From: a virus
DNA length: 64,000 nucleotides
Strand: one strand, 5' to 3'
IMG/VR virus record: IMGVR_UViG_3300030329_005540
Location: 1 to 64,000 of that record
This document shows positions 10,733 through 20,494 of this stretch, in pieces. A model generated the notes under the pieces. It was not told the DNA's origin, searched no databases, and saw nothing but the letters and a program-made list of their open reading frames with translations. The position numbers were made by a program, and so were the translations under genes. Position 1 is the first letter of the stretch, and the number at the start of each line of letters is the position of its first letter.

Positions 10733-12423
10733 TGTATTTAAGAAGCGGCACATCAAATATTTTTTACTCTGGAGATAGTTATCATTCTACTGCGGAGATG
10801 GATGTCTTTTCTTTTGATGTAGCGGGATATGTCGATACTCCAACGGGGGTAGCTGCTATTAAATTTTCCGGTGACAGTGGCATATCAACATTTAAATTTG
10901 ACAAGGGTAAAATTTATGATCCTGAAAACAGATACGTTTCTTCCTATAGAAATAAAGAATCATTTTCCATATCGGGAAATATGTCTGGCGAGCACTATGA
11001 CTACTATATTAATAATACTCCCGTGTGTTTTAGCGGCGTAAAAAATGATTATAAATTACAAAGATTTATTATCGGAGCTACCGGCGGCTCTCTTGTAACA
11101 GAAAGAATAGCTTTTTATTCTAAACCTTTCGGCCACAAATTAAGCTTAGATAATAGATTTATTGTTAGCGGGAAATTAACAGGACTACTTGAGTCTACGG
11201 GAGAATACTCTAGTTCAAAATTTGAAATATTTTCAGGCATTGTTCCTAATAATGATTTAATTAATGTTAGCGGATTCCAACAAGGACCGAGAACTTCGTC
11301 TTTAATAACTTTCTCGACAACCGGGACTACGCAGCAACATTTAGATAGTGGTTTCGCCAATTATGAAAACGTTAATTTTGTTTTAAAGTTATATACGAAT
11401 TTTGGTCAAATAAATAAAGAGTTTTCCGTGCAAGCGCGGCCTGAAGAGGAAACAATCTTTTCATCTGGGGTTTCTGCCAGCAGATTTTTAATTTCAGGAA
11501 CCGGAGAACAAAAACAATCTGGAATTTACTCTTTGCGTTATGAGGTATTTGAAAACTTTAGATATCCTCTAACTTCTAAACCTTTAAAAATAAGTTTAGA
11601 TTACGCGAGTGGAGACACGGGTAATTATTATTCTTTTTCTGGAATTGATTTAACTTATTCTGGCAGCGGTTACAGCGGAGTGCCAGATGTTATATTCACA
11701 GGCGACGGATTAAAAATGTCTCCAGTGGTTACTCCTCTTATGAGTATGAAACTCACCGGAATTAATGTTACGTATTCCGGCAGCGGTTACAGCGGAAGCC
11801 CAACAATATCTATTTCCGGTGGAACTCCATCCACCGCTGCAACGGCTTCAGCAAGCACTAACATAACTGGTGGTTTATATTCTGGAATGGTAACAGGAGT
11901 TTCTGTTACGAATTCTGGAGCAGGATATGATGCAGTTCCATCGATAATTTTTTCAGGCGTAGTATACGGCGGAGGTATTCAAGCCTCGGGTACGGCTCTA
12001 ATGGGGCATGGCCAAGTTACAGGCATCACTTTAAACAACCCCGGTGGATATTTAGAGCATCAACCGGGTCTGAGCGGATTCTCTGGCGGGGGCGCTGGAG
12101 CCACGACTTTTAAAAACGCAACGGGTTCAGGAACAATTTCAGGGTACTCTAAATCATTTCTTGATTTTTGGAGTTTGAAAACAGGAGAATCAATCACTGG
12201 TGAATTAGTTGATTATACCAATAAAAATTATATAACAGGATATCAATCTGGTCATAGAATTGGTTATATGGATACGGGACACACAAATGTTACAGGCAAA
12301 AGCTATCAGGCTGTTATAACTACATCGGGTAAATATAACGATAGCGGAGCCATGTACGCTAATTTAAATTTTCATTTGTATAGTGGTAAAATTCCCAGCT
12401 TAAATATAACTGGAATAAGGTAA
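10732..12423 (+). CDS. Baseplate/tail structural protein with VTGVxVTxxGxGYxxxPxIxF repeats; extremely S/T-G rich
   Basis: Four repeats of the motif found in T4-like baseplate wedge/VrlC-type proteins (YSGSGYSGVPDVIFTG, YSGSGYSGSPTISISG, NSGAGYDAVPSIIFSG, NPGGYLEHQP). Confidence 0.55.
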   Translation: MYLRSGTSNIFYSGDSYHSTAEMDVFSFDVAGYVDTPTGVAAIKFSGDSGISTFKFDKGKIYDPENRYVSSYRNKESFSISGNMSGEHYDYYINNTPVCFSGVKNDYKLQRFIIGATGGSLVTERIAFYSKPFGHKLSLDNRFIVSGKLTGLLESTGEYSSSKFEIFSGIVPNNDLINVSGFQQGPRTSSLITFSTTGTTQQHLDSGFANYENVNFVLKLYTNFGQINKEFSVQARPEEETIFSSGVSASRFLISGTGEQKQSGIYSLRYEVFENFRYPLTSKPLKISLDYASGDTGNYYSFSGIDLTYSGSGYSGVPDVIFTGDGLKMSPVVTPLMSMKLTGINVTYSGSGYSGSPTISISGGTPSTAATASASTNITGGLYSGMVTGVSVTNSGAGYDAVPSIIFSGVVYGGGIQASGTALMGHGQVTGITLNNPGGYLEHQPGLSGFSGGGAGATTFKNATGSGTISGYSKSFLDFWSLKTGESITGELVDYTNKNYITGYQSGHRIGYMDTGHTNVTGKSYQAVITTSGKYNDSGAMYANLNFHLYSGKIPSLNITGIR

Positions 12424-12435
12424 GGAATAAGGAAA

Positions 12436-12930
12436 ATGAGAGAAGAAGAGCTAATAACTATCGAGCAAAGCAAGCGGGTACAAATCAAAGATATTAAAAG
12501 AGATTACCTAGTTTGCGAGATAGACAATCCTATAGACAAAGGGAAAAAGGTAGAAATTAAAGTGGCTAAACCATATAATATAAGAGCCTCTTCTTATGAT
12601 GGTAAAACAATTCAATATACTAGCTGGAGCAACGGCACTACTATAAATATCGCATATACTGCTCACGCAAGCTCAAATTATAATTCCAGAACCGCAGATT
12701 ACCAGAATGCATCTGATGTATGTACGGTGGGGGCTCACATAGAAATGTTGTATCCTCCTTACATAGTAGACGATTTTATCCTAGTGTCAGCTAATACAGT
12801 TGGCAATGAGGGTGATAACGTGCAAAACATTGGAAGTTTAGTTCATTGGGTTGATCAAAATAGAGAAGGCCGATACTGGAAAGATGATTGTGGGTCTGGC
12901 GGAGGAGGAGGTGGCTCAGTATGGGTTTGA
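12436..12930 (+). CDS. Small tail-module protein, unknown function
   Basis: 164-aa ORF with RBS GGAATAAGG. The Gly-run C-terminus doubles as the SD (GGAGGAGG) of the next gene. Confidence 0.6.
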   Translation: MREEELITIEQSKRVQIKDIKRDYLVCEIDNPIDKGKKVEIKVAKPYNIRASSYDGKTIQYTSWSNGTTINIAYTAHASSNYNSRTADYQNASDVCTVGAHIEMLYPPYIVDDFILVSANTVGNEGDNVQNIGSLVHWVDQNREGRYWKDDCGSGGGGGGSVWV

Positions 12931-15900
12931 TACCATACATAAAAACAGGCACAAGCACATCGGCTGAATTAATGAATGACCTTTACTCGGGTCTAGACGA
13001 AGCCGTTAATCTTGTAACTAATGGAAAGTCTATGTTCTTTTTGAACACGACTGCAAATTGGTCTCTTGAAAACCCTGAAAGATATTATCACTATTATTCT
13101 GGTTACAGCTTAATTGATCCGAGTCAATGGCCTAGTTTCACCTTTGGTCAAGACGTAGGTTATCAAGCTGGAGTCCTTTCTACTCCCGTGGGCGGTACAA
13201 TTGACATGAGCCCTAGGCAATTTTGGTTTTTAAGCGGAGCTAAAAGCGGAGACTGCGATCCTAACGATACCGACAATGTCAATCGCGAACATTGCGTTAG
13301 CGGTGAATGGAAAACGCCAAGAAGAATTGACGCCACTAATGATATTGGTTGGTATTGGAAATTATATGGAAGACATTATTATTTTACTAATGCGTTAGCG
13401 GGAGGTTTATGTGGCGCGGGATGCGGATGGCAAGTCCCTCTTTATAAACACGGTTATTATGAAAAAATGGTGGATGATGTCACCATTTTTCAATATAACA
13501 CTGGGAAAAAAGCCGTAGTAGTTTTAGAAGGAGGTACGAAAACTAGTGATTATGGAAGATTTCCAAATATGTGGACAAACCCATATACAAGGGTCGAAGA
13601 AAGACAAAGAATACCTTACGTTACAGACACCGCTTGGTCTTTAGGTCAAGAATTTGACAACTCATTGCAAGTCCATAAGATATCAGGTATTCAGGGGTTA
13701 GTAGAATTTACCCGATATCAGCCTACTCAAGTTGGAACAATTGCCAACCAAGGCACGGCGACAGACTTTCACCCCGGTAGCGGCACGGGAACTCCCGCTG
13801 GCCCAACTGGCCCCACTGGCCCCACCGGCCCCGGCGGATACCCCGGAGGCGGTCCCACTGGCCCCACTGGCCCCACTGGCCCCACCGGCCCCGGCGGATA
13901 CCCCGGAGGCGGTGGAGCAAGTCCATCTTTTGATCCATATTCAATCCCAGAACAAGAAAAGTTCTCTTGGGAACAGTTCATTAAAAGTGCGGAGAAGCCA
14001 GATAGAAGTAAACATTTTTATGAACAACAAAATCGCGCAACCGCAGACGATATAGAAAAGTTTTATCAAAATAACGAGTCGAGTGAAAATTTTCGTTTTT
14101 GTTCTCATGTTACCAAAAGCGAAATTGACTTAGTTAGTCAAAACGCAAACAGAACGGGTTTAATTGGGCAATGTCAAGAGCCTTATCAATGCTGGATGGC
14201 TGCTTCTAAAAAATGGTTTTGGAACGATTTAAAAGCCGCTGTGCCGCAATTGGCAACTGCACCTCAAACCATCAATATGACTTACAGCTTTTGCCGCTCC
14301 GGTACAGATATAAATGTTGCCGGAGACACAGGAGCCGACAATTATCTAGAAACTAGTGCAACAGCTACGGGCTGGGGTCCGACAGGAGCGAATGGTATCA
14401 ACGCAAGCGGCCAGCATACCAGTTTCTCTGATTTTACGGGGGATGTTGGAATCGGTTTCGCTTACTGGAAAAGCCTCATAGAAAGGATGTACGCAAATTA
14501 TGGTACTCACTGCGGATTAGCGGGGAATGACCTAACAATAAATTTCGTAAACTTGGGAGAAGAACTAGAAGGCGCTGAAGCTTATGGAATGAATAGTCAT
14601 CTTGCTCTCGATGAGTTTGGAAATCCTGATTATTCAGTACTAGAAAATCCGGACCTAAACATAGGAAGAATCAGGCTTGCTGTTCCTAGAAGCGGAGATT
14701 GGAAAAACGATGATGTATACGCATATTCTGATTTTCCAGCCACTAATCATCCTGACGGAGCAGGAGCAGATGGGGGAAGAAATCATCCTGCTGATGGAAA
14801 TATTGTTTTTAATATCAATTTTAATTGGCAAACAGACGCTAACGTAATCACAGGAACTTGGGATAACACGGGACACGATGGTAATCCCAGCGCAGCCAAT
14901 CCACATTTACATGCTTCCATAGCCCGTGTTGCTGCTCATGAAATTGGCCATTCTTTGGGCTTCGGGCATTCATCAAGCGACAAGTGCGATAGTATCATGG
15001 GTCCGACTACTTTCTGGGGAGAGAGCTTACGTAGCGATTGGCCCACGGGGTTCACGCAAGAAACAGACGGCAAATGCGTTCATGAAATGTATGGATATAA
15101 TAGCGGGCCGGTTTGTTTTTCTGGATATTCAATGATATCTTTTGATTTAACGAGACCAGCTTGCGCTGAACATCCTGATGAATATTTAAGAGAATCTTGG
15201 TATAAAACTCCAACTCTCGGACCAGAGCCTCAACCTCATGAAGTGATATATACTTGTACTCACCCTGCAAACAAGCGCCCCGTCGTCCCTGAAAATTGGC
15301 CACAAATTGAAAATAGATTTGAAATTGCAGAATTAATATTTGATGGATACGAAACCTGTAGCACATGCGGTCAAGACCATCACGGCGAAGGAACGTTCCA
15401 AGGATATAAAAATTATACTTTTTCTAATAAATACGATAAGTACAAATTCTTCAGAATACATAATTTAAATAATTATGATATGACTCTTAAATTTGAGGCT
15501 TCGTCCATTGGCGGCGCGAGCTTCGAAGGGGCGACAAAAGTTTCTAATGGTATTTATCAAATAGGCGACACGACGGCAATGTTCGCAGAAGCCGACGCCG
15601 GAACTGGGCACACAATTGTTATTCCTAAACATGAATCACGCTGCGTAAGAAGAGACTTTGGCGAGTACACAAATGGATTTAGACATTTTCAAAAATTTAA
15701 ATCCAGCGACCATAGATATATTTTAGAGTTATCAGAAAGTTTCAAGGCTTATCCTAGATATTATGATTATCATGGCGCGGATTGGAATTGGTTTAGATAT
15801 AATCACACTAATAATGTTATCAATCCATTTCTAATTGACAGAATTATTTCTGGAATGGGTGATAGATTTATTTTAGATGAATCTGCTTGGGGCAGAACTT

Positions 15901-18900
15901 GGGACGCCTCTGGCCTTTATGCTGCACCGTTGAATTATACTGGTACTGACGGAGCCATAAAAAGTTATGAGGATTATACTCCCGGTGATGACATTGGCCA
16001 AGTTAAGAGGTTTAGAACGGATTCTACGGGTGCGTTGGTAGAGGACGAACTCGGAAGCATGATAGTACCAACTTATAATAACTCTTTTAGAACTGGAGAA
16101 AATTATAGCTGGAGTACAACTGATCCAAATACTCTTTTAGCAGACTTTATATATCATACTGGGTTTGTTTCTCAGCATTTTTTGATGACTAGTGGAGAAA
16201 GTTACCCAGCACATTTACAACAGGACGAATCCTACAAAGTAGAAACTAGCGGCCAAGCTATAAGTAAATATTGTTTGCATAAAAAAACAGTTGCTTATTC
16301 CGGCGCGAAGCATATTTATAGATTTTTGCAGGATTTAAATGTAAATCTTGTTTCTATCGAGGCTGATGGGCGAGTAACGAGCAGAATACCTAGCTCGGGT
16401 TGGGATTATGGAGTTTCAGGCATGTTCGTCGGCCACACTGGTTGGTTATCCACTTCTGCTTGGAGTGCCAGTGACATTAGTCAATTCGCAGACAGGGATC
16501 AATTGAGCGTCGGTACAGACATACTAAATACTCAATTATCTCGTGAGCGTTACGCCAAGGGCGCGACCACGGCAGAAGATGGTTTTCAGTGGGTCATCGG
16601 TCTTGACATTAAAGCGATGAACGATTCAGCGGATGGTCCCACCGGCTGGAAGCCACACGATTTATACGAATCAGGTAATAAACAGGGCAGAGCCAGAAGA
16701 GCAATGCCTTTTCCAAACGACACCCCATTTACCGATGGAATAGGTTCTGGCGCGAATCCAGACGGATGTTGTACGGGAATGTCTAGTGGAATTTGGGACC
16801 GATGGGATGCCGAAAAAGCCGCAAAAACATCAGGGATTTTGAATGACCCATTCGCTTTCTCTATTAATCAATATAATTTAACTACGAATATCTTCGGCAC
16901 AAATCACTTTCAATCTGCGATGGGCCAAATTTACCCGATGAATTGGGAAGCCGCATCCCGATGTATACCAAGCGATGCAGACCCTTGCCATAGTCGAGTT
17001 GGGGTGAATCCCAAGCAAAGATTTTATTCTAATATAGATTTTATCAATCAACAAGACCATAAATTTGGAAATGTGTGGTACGGTAAAAAACCGATTACCG
17101 GATATCTACAAACAGGTGGTTTTTATAGAGTAGGTACTTTTACCGCGAATACGGCCCAAGGCGCATATACTTATCAAGAAGCTGGTCAACGAGGGCAAAA
17201 TAATTATAAATATTATGGAATGTTTTATAGCCGAGGCAGCGATGCGCCGCGAGACGTATACGCTCACGCGCAAAACAACGCTTATTGCGGAGATGGTGGC
17301 GCTGCGGGTGGCGTGCAGGGATTTTCTGGAGCTAATCAAGTTTTATACAATTCGGGTTGGGATGATCAAGCCGACCACGGCACTGACGGACATTTCATAT
17401 ACCAAATAAGAATCACAGGCAAAGACGGAAGCTCAAGATATTCTCTTAATTATCCAACATGGCCCGGACCCCGGAGAGAATTTTTCTATTACACCAATCC
17501 AAAGTCGTTGTTGAATCTAAGACAAAATTCTAACATTGCCGATATGAAACATGGCAATAATTTAAGAATAAATTTAGATTGCGGAATATCTGACCCTTAT
17601 GACGAAGATCATATGAAAAGCTACAAATGCGAAGATAGTAGCTCATCCCCCGTTGGATGCAGTGATTCTTCTGTCGCTTGTTATAATTGCAGTGATCCAA
17701 CAGATGTAACAGAGCGTATGGACACGTATCACATCGTAGACATCATCCGCACTGGAGTAATTGATTCTGATCTTGGTCAGCCTACGGTTGACCTTCTGAC
17801 GGAAAGATGGTTTCCGTTCCACTATAGACACGACATAACAAATCATTTGGCCGCCGTGGGCTCAGAAAGTAAATACGGATTAGTAGGACAGAGTAACAGA
17901 AACAATAAAGTTGGCCCCATCGAACACGAAAGATACGGAAATAAAAAATTAGGAGGAGCCGCAAACGCGAATAAGGCGACAAATATTTGGGCTGGCAGAA
18001 GAAATTTCTTCGAAATGAAACTCGGAGATATAGATAGTGGTTTATATGAATTTAATAGAGTTGATGGAATCTGGACAGGATTCTTCAAAGTCGCCGCTGG
18101 AGAACCTGAAAAAGTTAATTTATATAGATTGCTGACAGATCATCCTTCAGGAGCAGCTTTTAAAAATCACATTATGTCATGTGATACAAATGAATTTAAT
18201 GCATACAATTATGCTTATTATTGGAATACTTATTACTCTGAGGCAACCACCGGCATTGCGCGAAACTGGCATCCTAACGAATACGAACTCGTGCAAAGAG
18301 TAACTCCGCCCATTTGGTCTCCGACTCTCACTGGGGATTTTGACGTATCAGCAACGGCGTCGTCATATGATACGGCTTCATATAAATACGACGCGGCAAA
18401 AAGCTTTGGCGCTCAAGCAACCGTGGAAGCTTATGGGCAAAAAATAAGAGACATGTTCGACAATGCTAGGCAGGGAGTCGATAATTCCGAGTTCTTTAAT
18501 TTCCAGAATTCTCCTAATGCTAAATATTATTACGGACCATATGGTGCATTGCATTATTCTTATCAAAAGAATATTAATTTAATTTACAAGATGTCCAAAG
18601 AAGTTAATAACGGAGTAATTTACACATGGAATAATAGTAAAAACTACGGTCCTCTGCAAAGAACATCTAAAGATTTTGAGCGCAGATTAGATGAAGGAAC
18701 AACCAGACCTGAACCTATATTTTTAACCGAGAAACAATATGGAAGACATGGCTCTAGCCCGGTTTTGCATAGTAGAATCACAGATAGATTAACCGCTCAA
18801 AAGATCACCTCGCTGCATGGCTTGGAAGATTATAATTACCCCAACTTGGGCTTAGACTCTGCGGGTCTAACAATTTCTTCGCCAGCTTTGGGAACCCCGC

Positions 18901-20489
18901 CGGGTGACGCTAGATACCGTTATGACGTATCTCTAGGAATAAAAGACTATACTTTTAACTCTCTTTTTCAATGCACAACAAGGGCTGGTGAACAAACCTC
19001 TATAAGAGGCCAAGCGCAAGGCCAAAACTCCAAGTTGTTTTTGGGTACATCTATAATGAATGGGGCGCTCTCTGGTTTTCGACAAGAATTATATCATCTT
19101 TCTGGAAATTTTTGGCAGCACCCAGAAATTTACAATAACGCTTATAGGAGGGGTAATGTTCATGCTGGACATTCCGGAGAATTTGGCGTAGGAGAATTTA
19201 CTAGCGACACCTATACTAAAACAAGAATAGGTTACAGAAAAGAATACGGCGCAATTGACGTACCTGCTTGGGCAGATGGAGATGTTTTCTCTCAAGATAC
19301 AGCCGCTGGTGTGCCTTTATGTAAACCCGGACCTACTTTGGTAGAGCTAGATAGACATTATAACGAATTCGGGCCTCCTGCTGACATACATAGCGTAACA
19401 GGCAGTATGATTACCGTGGGAGCCTTTAGCACGGGGAGCGGGATGTTATATTGGCCAGCCTGTAACTGGATTTTCCCAGAAGTAATGGGAGACTCCGCTA
19501 GGGCCGCTTTCACCAAATATTGCCCTCATGTAATATTTAGAAAAAAGGGTGATCCGAATTGCGGAAATTCTGATCCCGCGACAGCTTTAAGCGCAATAGG
19601 CGCTCAAGAATTATTGCCATCGGGTGTTCCTGTGATTGGTTGTTCGACCTGCTACGTTGATCAAGGAAGGGCGGGAGTTTCGGCTGGAGGCGATGATTGT
19701 TGCGCTACTAAAGACCCTTATAACGATCCTGTGCTTAAAAATATTTGGACTAATTCGGATAATGATTATCAAGTTGTAGGTATACAGTTAACTGGTGCAA
19801 TCAAAAAGGATGGAACGTTTATTTCAAAGGATGATCTTGACGGAACCGGCAAAGCGCTTTTAGAAAATTATGATATTGAAATACATGGTCCAGCAGAATG
19901 GCCTAGCGCTGAAGCAGATTTCCCAAATATACCTGCCACTATACTAAATTGTGAGCCTTGGGTTGGTCCAGCAGCAACCAAAACAGTGTCCGCTCACGCT
20001 AACGGAGATAGTGAACAATTCGCATGGTGGCACGGACCATTGCCTTATTGGGTAAACAAAAGTCTTACGACGCCGAGTCTTGGATGCGTATCTCTTGCTA
20101 GTATGATTGGCGATTCAGACAACGGCGGAGCCCGCGAAAAACTGTTTAACTGGAACGAAATATCTGGCCACGGAGCGACAGCAAAAGCCTTAAGCACAAT
20201 TAGTTACACTGGTGTAATTTGTCATGAGGGGCACGGATATAAAAATTCCGAAAATGGATATTATATGCAAGAACCGGCGGTAAGACAATATGTACAATAT
20301 AGAATGACTAATGGATGCGGTCACTCTAGCTACTATCAAAGCGATGGAGTAACTGAAGACGCGGGTCAGAGGCCGGGTTACGTCGCAAATCAAGAAGAGC
20401 ACGGCGGAGCACACGATGATCGGCTTTGGAATGTAGGTGGATTTTATGAATATCCAAATGTAAATAACACTGGTACAAATACTTGTTAA
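12921..20489 (+). CDS. Giant virion (tail fibre/spike-like) protein with collagen-like segment and metzincin (matrixin/M10-like) peptidase domain
   Basis: About 2520 aa. Likely start is the ATG at 12921 behind GGAGGAGG (ORF track starts at 12888). Contains (GPT)n repeats, HEIGHSLGFGH (HExxHxxGxxH) and the Met-turn SIMGP. Confidence 0.65.
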   Translation: MGLIPYIKTGTSTSAELMNDLYSGLDEAVNLVTNGKSMFFLNTTANWSLENPERYYHYYSGYSLIDPSQWPSFTFGQDVGYQAGVLSTPVGGTIDMSPRQFWFLSGAKSGDCDPNDTDNVNREHCVSGEWKTPRRIDATNDIGWYWKLYGRHYYFTNALAGGLCGAGCGWQVPLYKHGYYEKMVDDVTIFQYNTGKKAVVVLEGGTKTSDYGRFPNMWTNPYTRVEERQRIPYVTDTAWSLGQEFDNSLQVHKISGIQGLVEFTRYQPTQVGTIANQGTATDFHPGSGTGTPAGPTGPTGPTGPGGYPGGGPTGPTGPTGPTGPGGYPGGGGASPSFDPYSIPEQEKFSWEQFIKSAEKPDRSKHFYEQQNRATADDIEKFYQNNESSENFRFCSHVTKSEIDLVSQNANRTGLIGQCQEPYQCWMAASKKWFWNDLKAAVPQLATAPQTINMTYSFCRSGTDINVAGDTGADNYLETSATATGWGPTGANGINASGQHTSFSDFTGDVGIGFAYWKSLIERMYANYGTHCGLAGNDLTINFVNLGEELEGAEAYGMNSHLALDEFGNPDYSVLENPDLNIGRIRLAVPRSGDWKNDDVYAYSDFPATNHPDGAGADGGRNHPADGNIVFNINFNWQTDANVITGTWDNTGHDGNPSAANPHLHASIARVAAHEIGHSLGFGHSSSDKCDSIMGPTTFWGESLRSDWPTGFTQETDGKCVHEMYGYNSGPVCFSGYSMISFDLTRPACAEHPDEYLRESWYKTPTLGPEPQPHEVIYTCTHPANKRPVVPENWPQIENRFEIAELIFDGYETCSTCGQDHHGEGTFQGYKNYTFSNKYDKYKFFRIHNLNNYDMTLKFEASSIGGASFEGATKVSNGIYQIGDTTAMFAEADAGTGHTIVIPKHESRCVRRDFGEYTNGFRHFQKFKSSDHRYILELSESFKAYPRYYDYHGADWNWFRYNHTNNVINPFLIDRIISGMGDRFILDESAWGRTWDASGLYAAPLNYTGTDGAIKSYEDYTPGDDIGQVKRFRTDSTGALVEDELGSMIVPTYNNSFRTGENYSWSTTDPNTLLADFIYHTGFVSQHFLMTSGESYPAHLQQDESYKVETSGQAISKYCLHKKTVAYSGAKHIYRFLQDLNVNLVSIEADGRVTSRIPSSGWDYGVSGMFVGHTGWLSTSAWSASDISQFADRDQLSVGTDILNTQLSRERYAKGATTAEDGFQWVIGLDIKAMNDSADGPTGWKPHDLYESGNKQGRARRAMPFPNDTPFTDGIGSGANPDGCCTGMSSGIWDRWDAEKAAKTSGILNDPFAFSINQYNLTTNIFGTNHFQSAMGQIYPMNWEAASRCIPSDADPCHSRVGVNPKQRFYSNIDFINQQDHKFGNVWYGKKPITGYLQTGGFYRVGTFTANTAQGAYTYQEAGQRGQNNYKYYGMFYSRGSDAPRDVYAHAQNNAYCGDGGAAGGVQGFSGANQVLYNSGWDDQADHGTDGHFIYQIRITGKDGSSRYSLNYPTWPGPRREFFYYTNPKSLLNLRQNSNIADMKHGNNLRINLDCGISDPYDEDHMKSYKCEDSSSSPVGCSDSSVACYNCSDPTDVTERMDTYHIVDIIRTGVIDSDLGQPTVDLLTERWFPFHYRHDITNHLAAVGSESKYGLVGQSNRNNKVGPIEHERYGNKKLGGAANANKATNIWAGRRNFFEMKLGDIDSGLYEFNRVDGIWTGFFKVAAGEPEKVNLYRLLTDHPSGAAFKNHIMSCDTNEFNAYNYAYYWNTYYSEATTGIARNWHPNEYELVQRVTPPIWSPTLTGDFDVSATASSYDTASYKYDAAKSFGAQATVEAYGQKIRDMFDNARQGVDNSEFFNFQNSPNAKYYYGPYGALHYSYQKNINLIYKMSKEVNNGVIYTWNNSKNYGPLQRTSKDFERRLDEGTTRPEPIFLTEKQYGRHGSSPVLHSRITDRLTAQKITSLHGLEDYNYPNLGLDSAGLTISSPALGTPPGDARYRYDVSLGIKDYTFNSLFQCTTRAGEQTSIRGQAQGQNSKLFLGTSIMNGALSGFRQELYHLSGNFWQHPEIYNNAYRRGNVHAGHSGEFGVGEFTSDTYTKTRIGYRKEYGAIDVPAWADGDVFSQDTAAGVPLCKPGPTLVELDRHYNEFGPPADIHSVTGSMITVGAFSTGSGMLYWPACNWIFPEVMGDSARAAFTKYCPHVIFRKKGDPNCGNSDPATALSAIGAQELLPSGVPVIGCSTCYVDQGRAGVSAGGDDCCATKDPYNDPVLKNIWTNSDNDYQVVGIQLTGAIKKDGTFISKDDLDGTGKALLENYDIEIHGPAEWPSAEADFPNIPATILNCEPWVGPAATKTVSAHANGDSEQFAWWHGPLPYWVNKSLTTPSLGCVSLASMIGDSDNGGAREKLFNWNEISGHGATAKALSTISYTGVICHEGHGYKNSENGYYMQEPAVRQYVQYRMTNGCGHSSYYQSDGVTEDAGQRPGYVANQEEHGGAHDDRLWNVGGFYEYPNVNNTGTNTC
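13801..13913 (+). repeat. GC-rich 60-bp-period tandem repeat encoding (GPT)n-GPGGYPGGG twice
   Basis: 13801-13853 and 13861-13913 differ at one base. Nested 9-bp GGCCCCACT units. Confidence 0.9.
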
Positions 20490-20494
20490 TAAAA

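Noticed and set aside
12888-12930. Programmed frameshift fusing the 164-aa ORF to the giant fibre gene
   Set aside because: No slippery heptamer is apparent. A strong SD plus ATG at 12921 explains the overlap.
13723-14055. Alternative-frame ORFs with repetitive peptides (e.g. GQWGQW, PLAPLA)
   Set aside because: Shadows of the GC-rich collagen-like repeat. The other short overlapping/antisense ORFs in the track are likewise treated as spurious.
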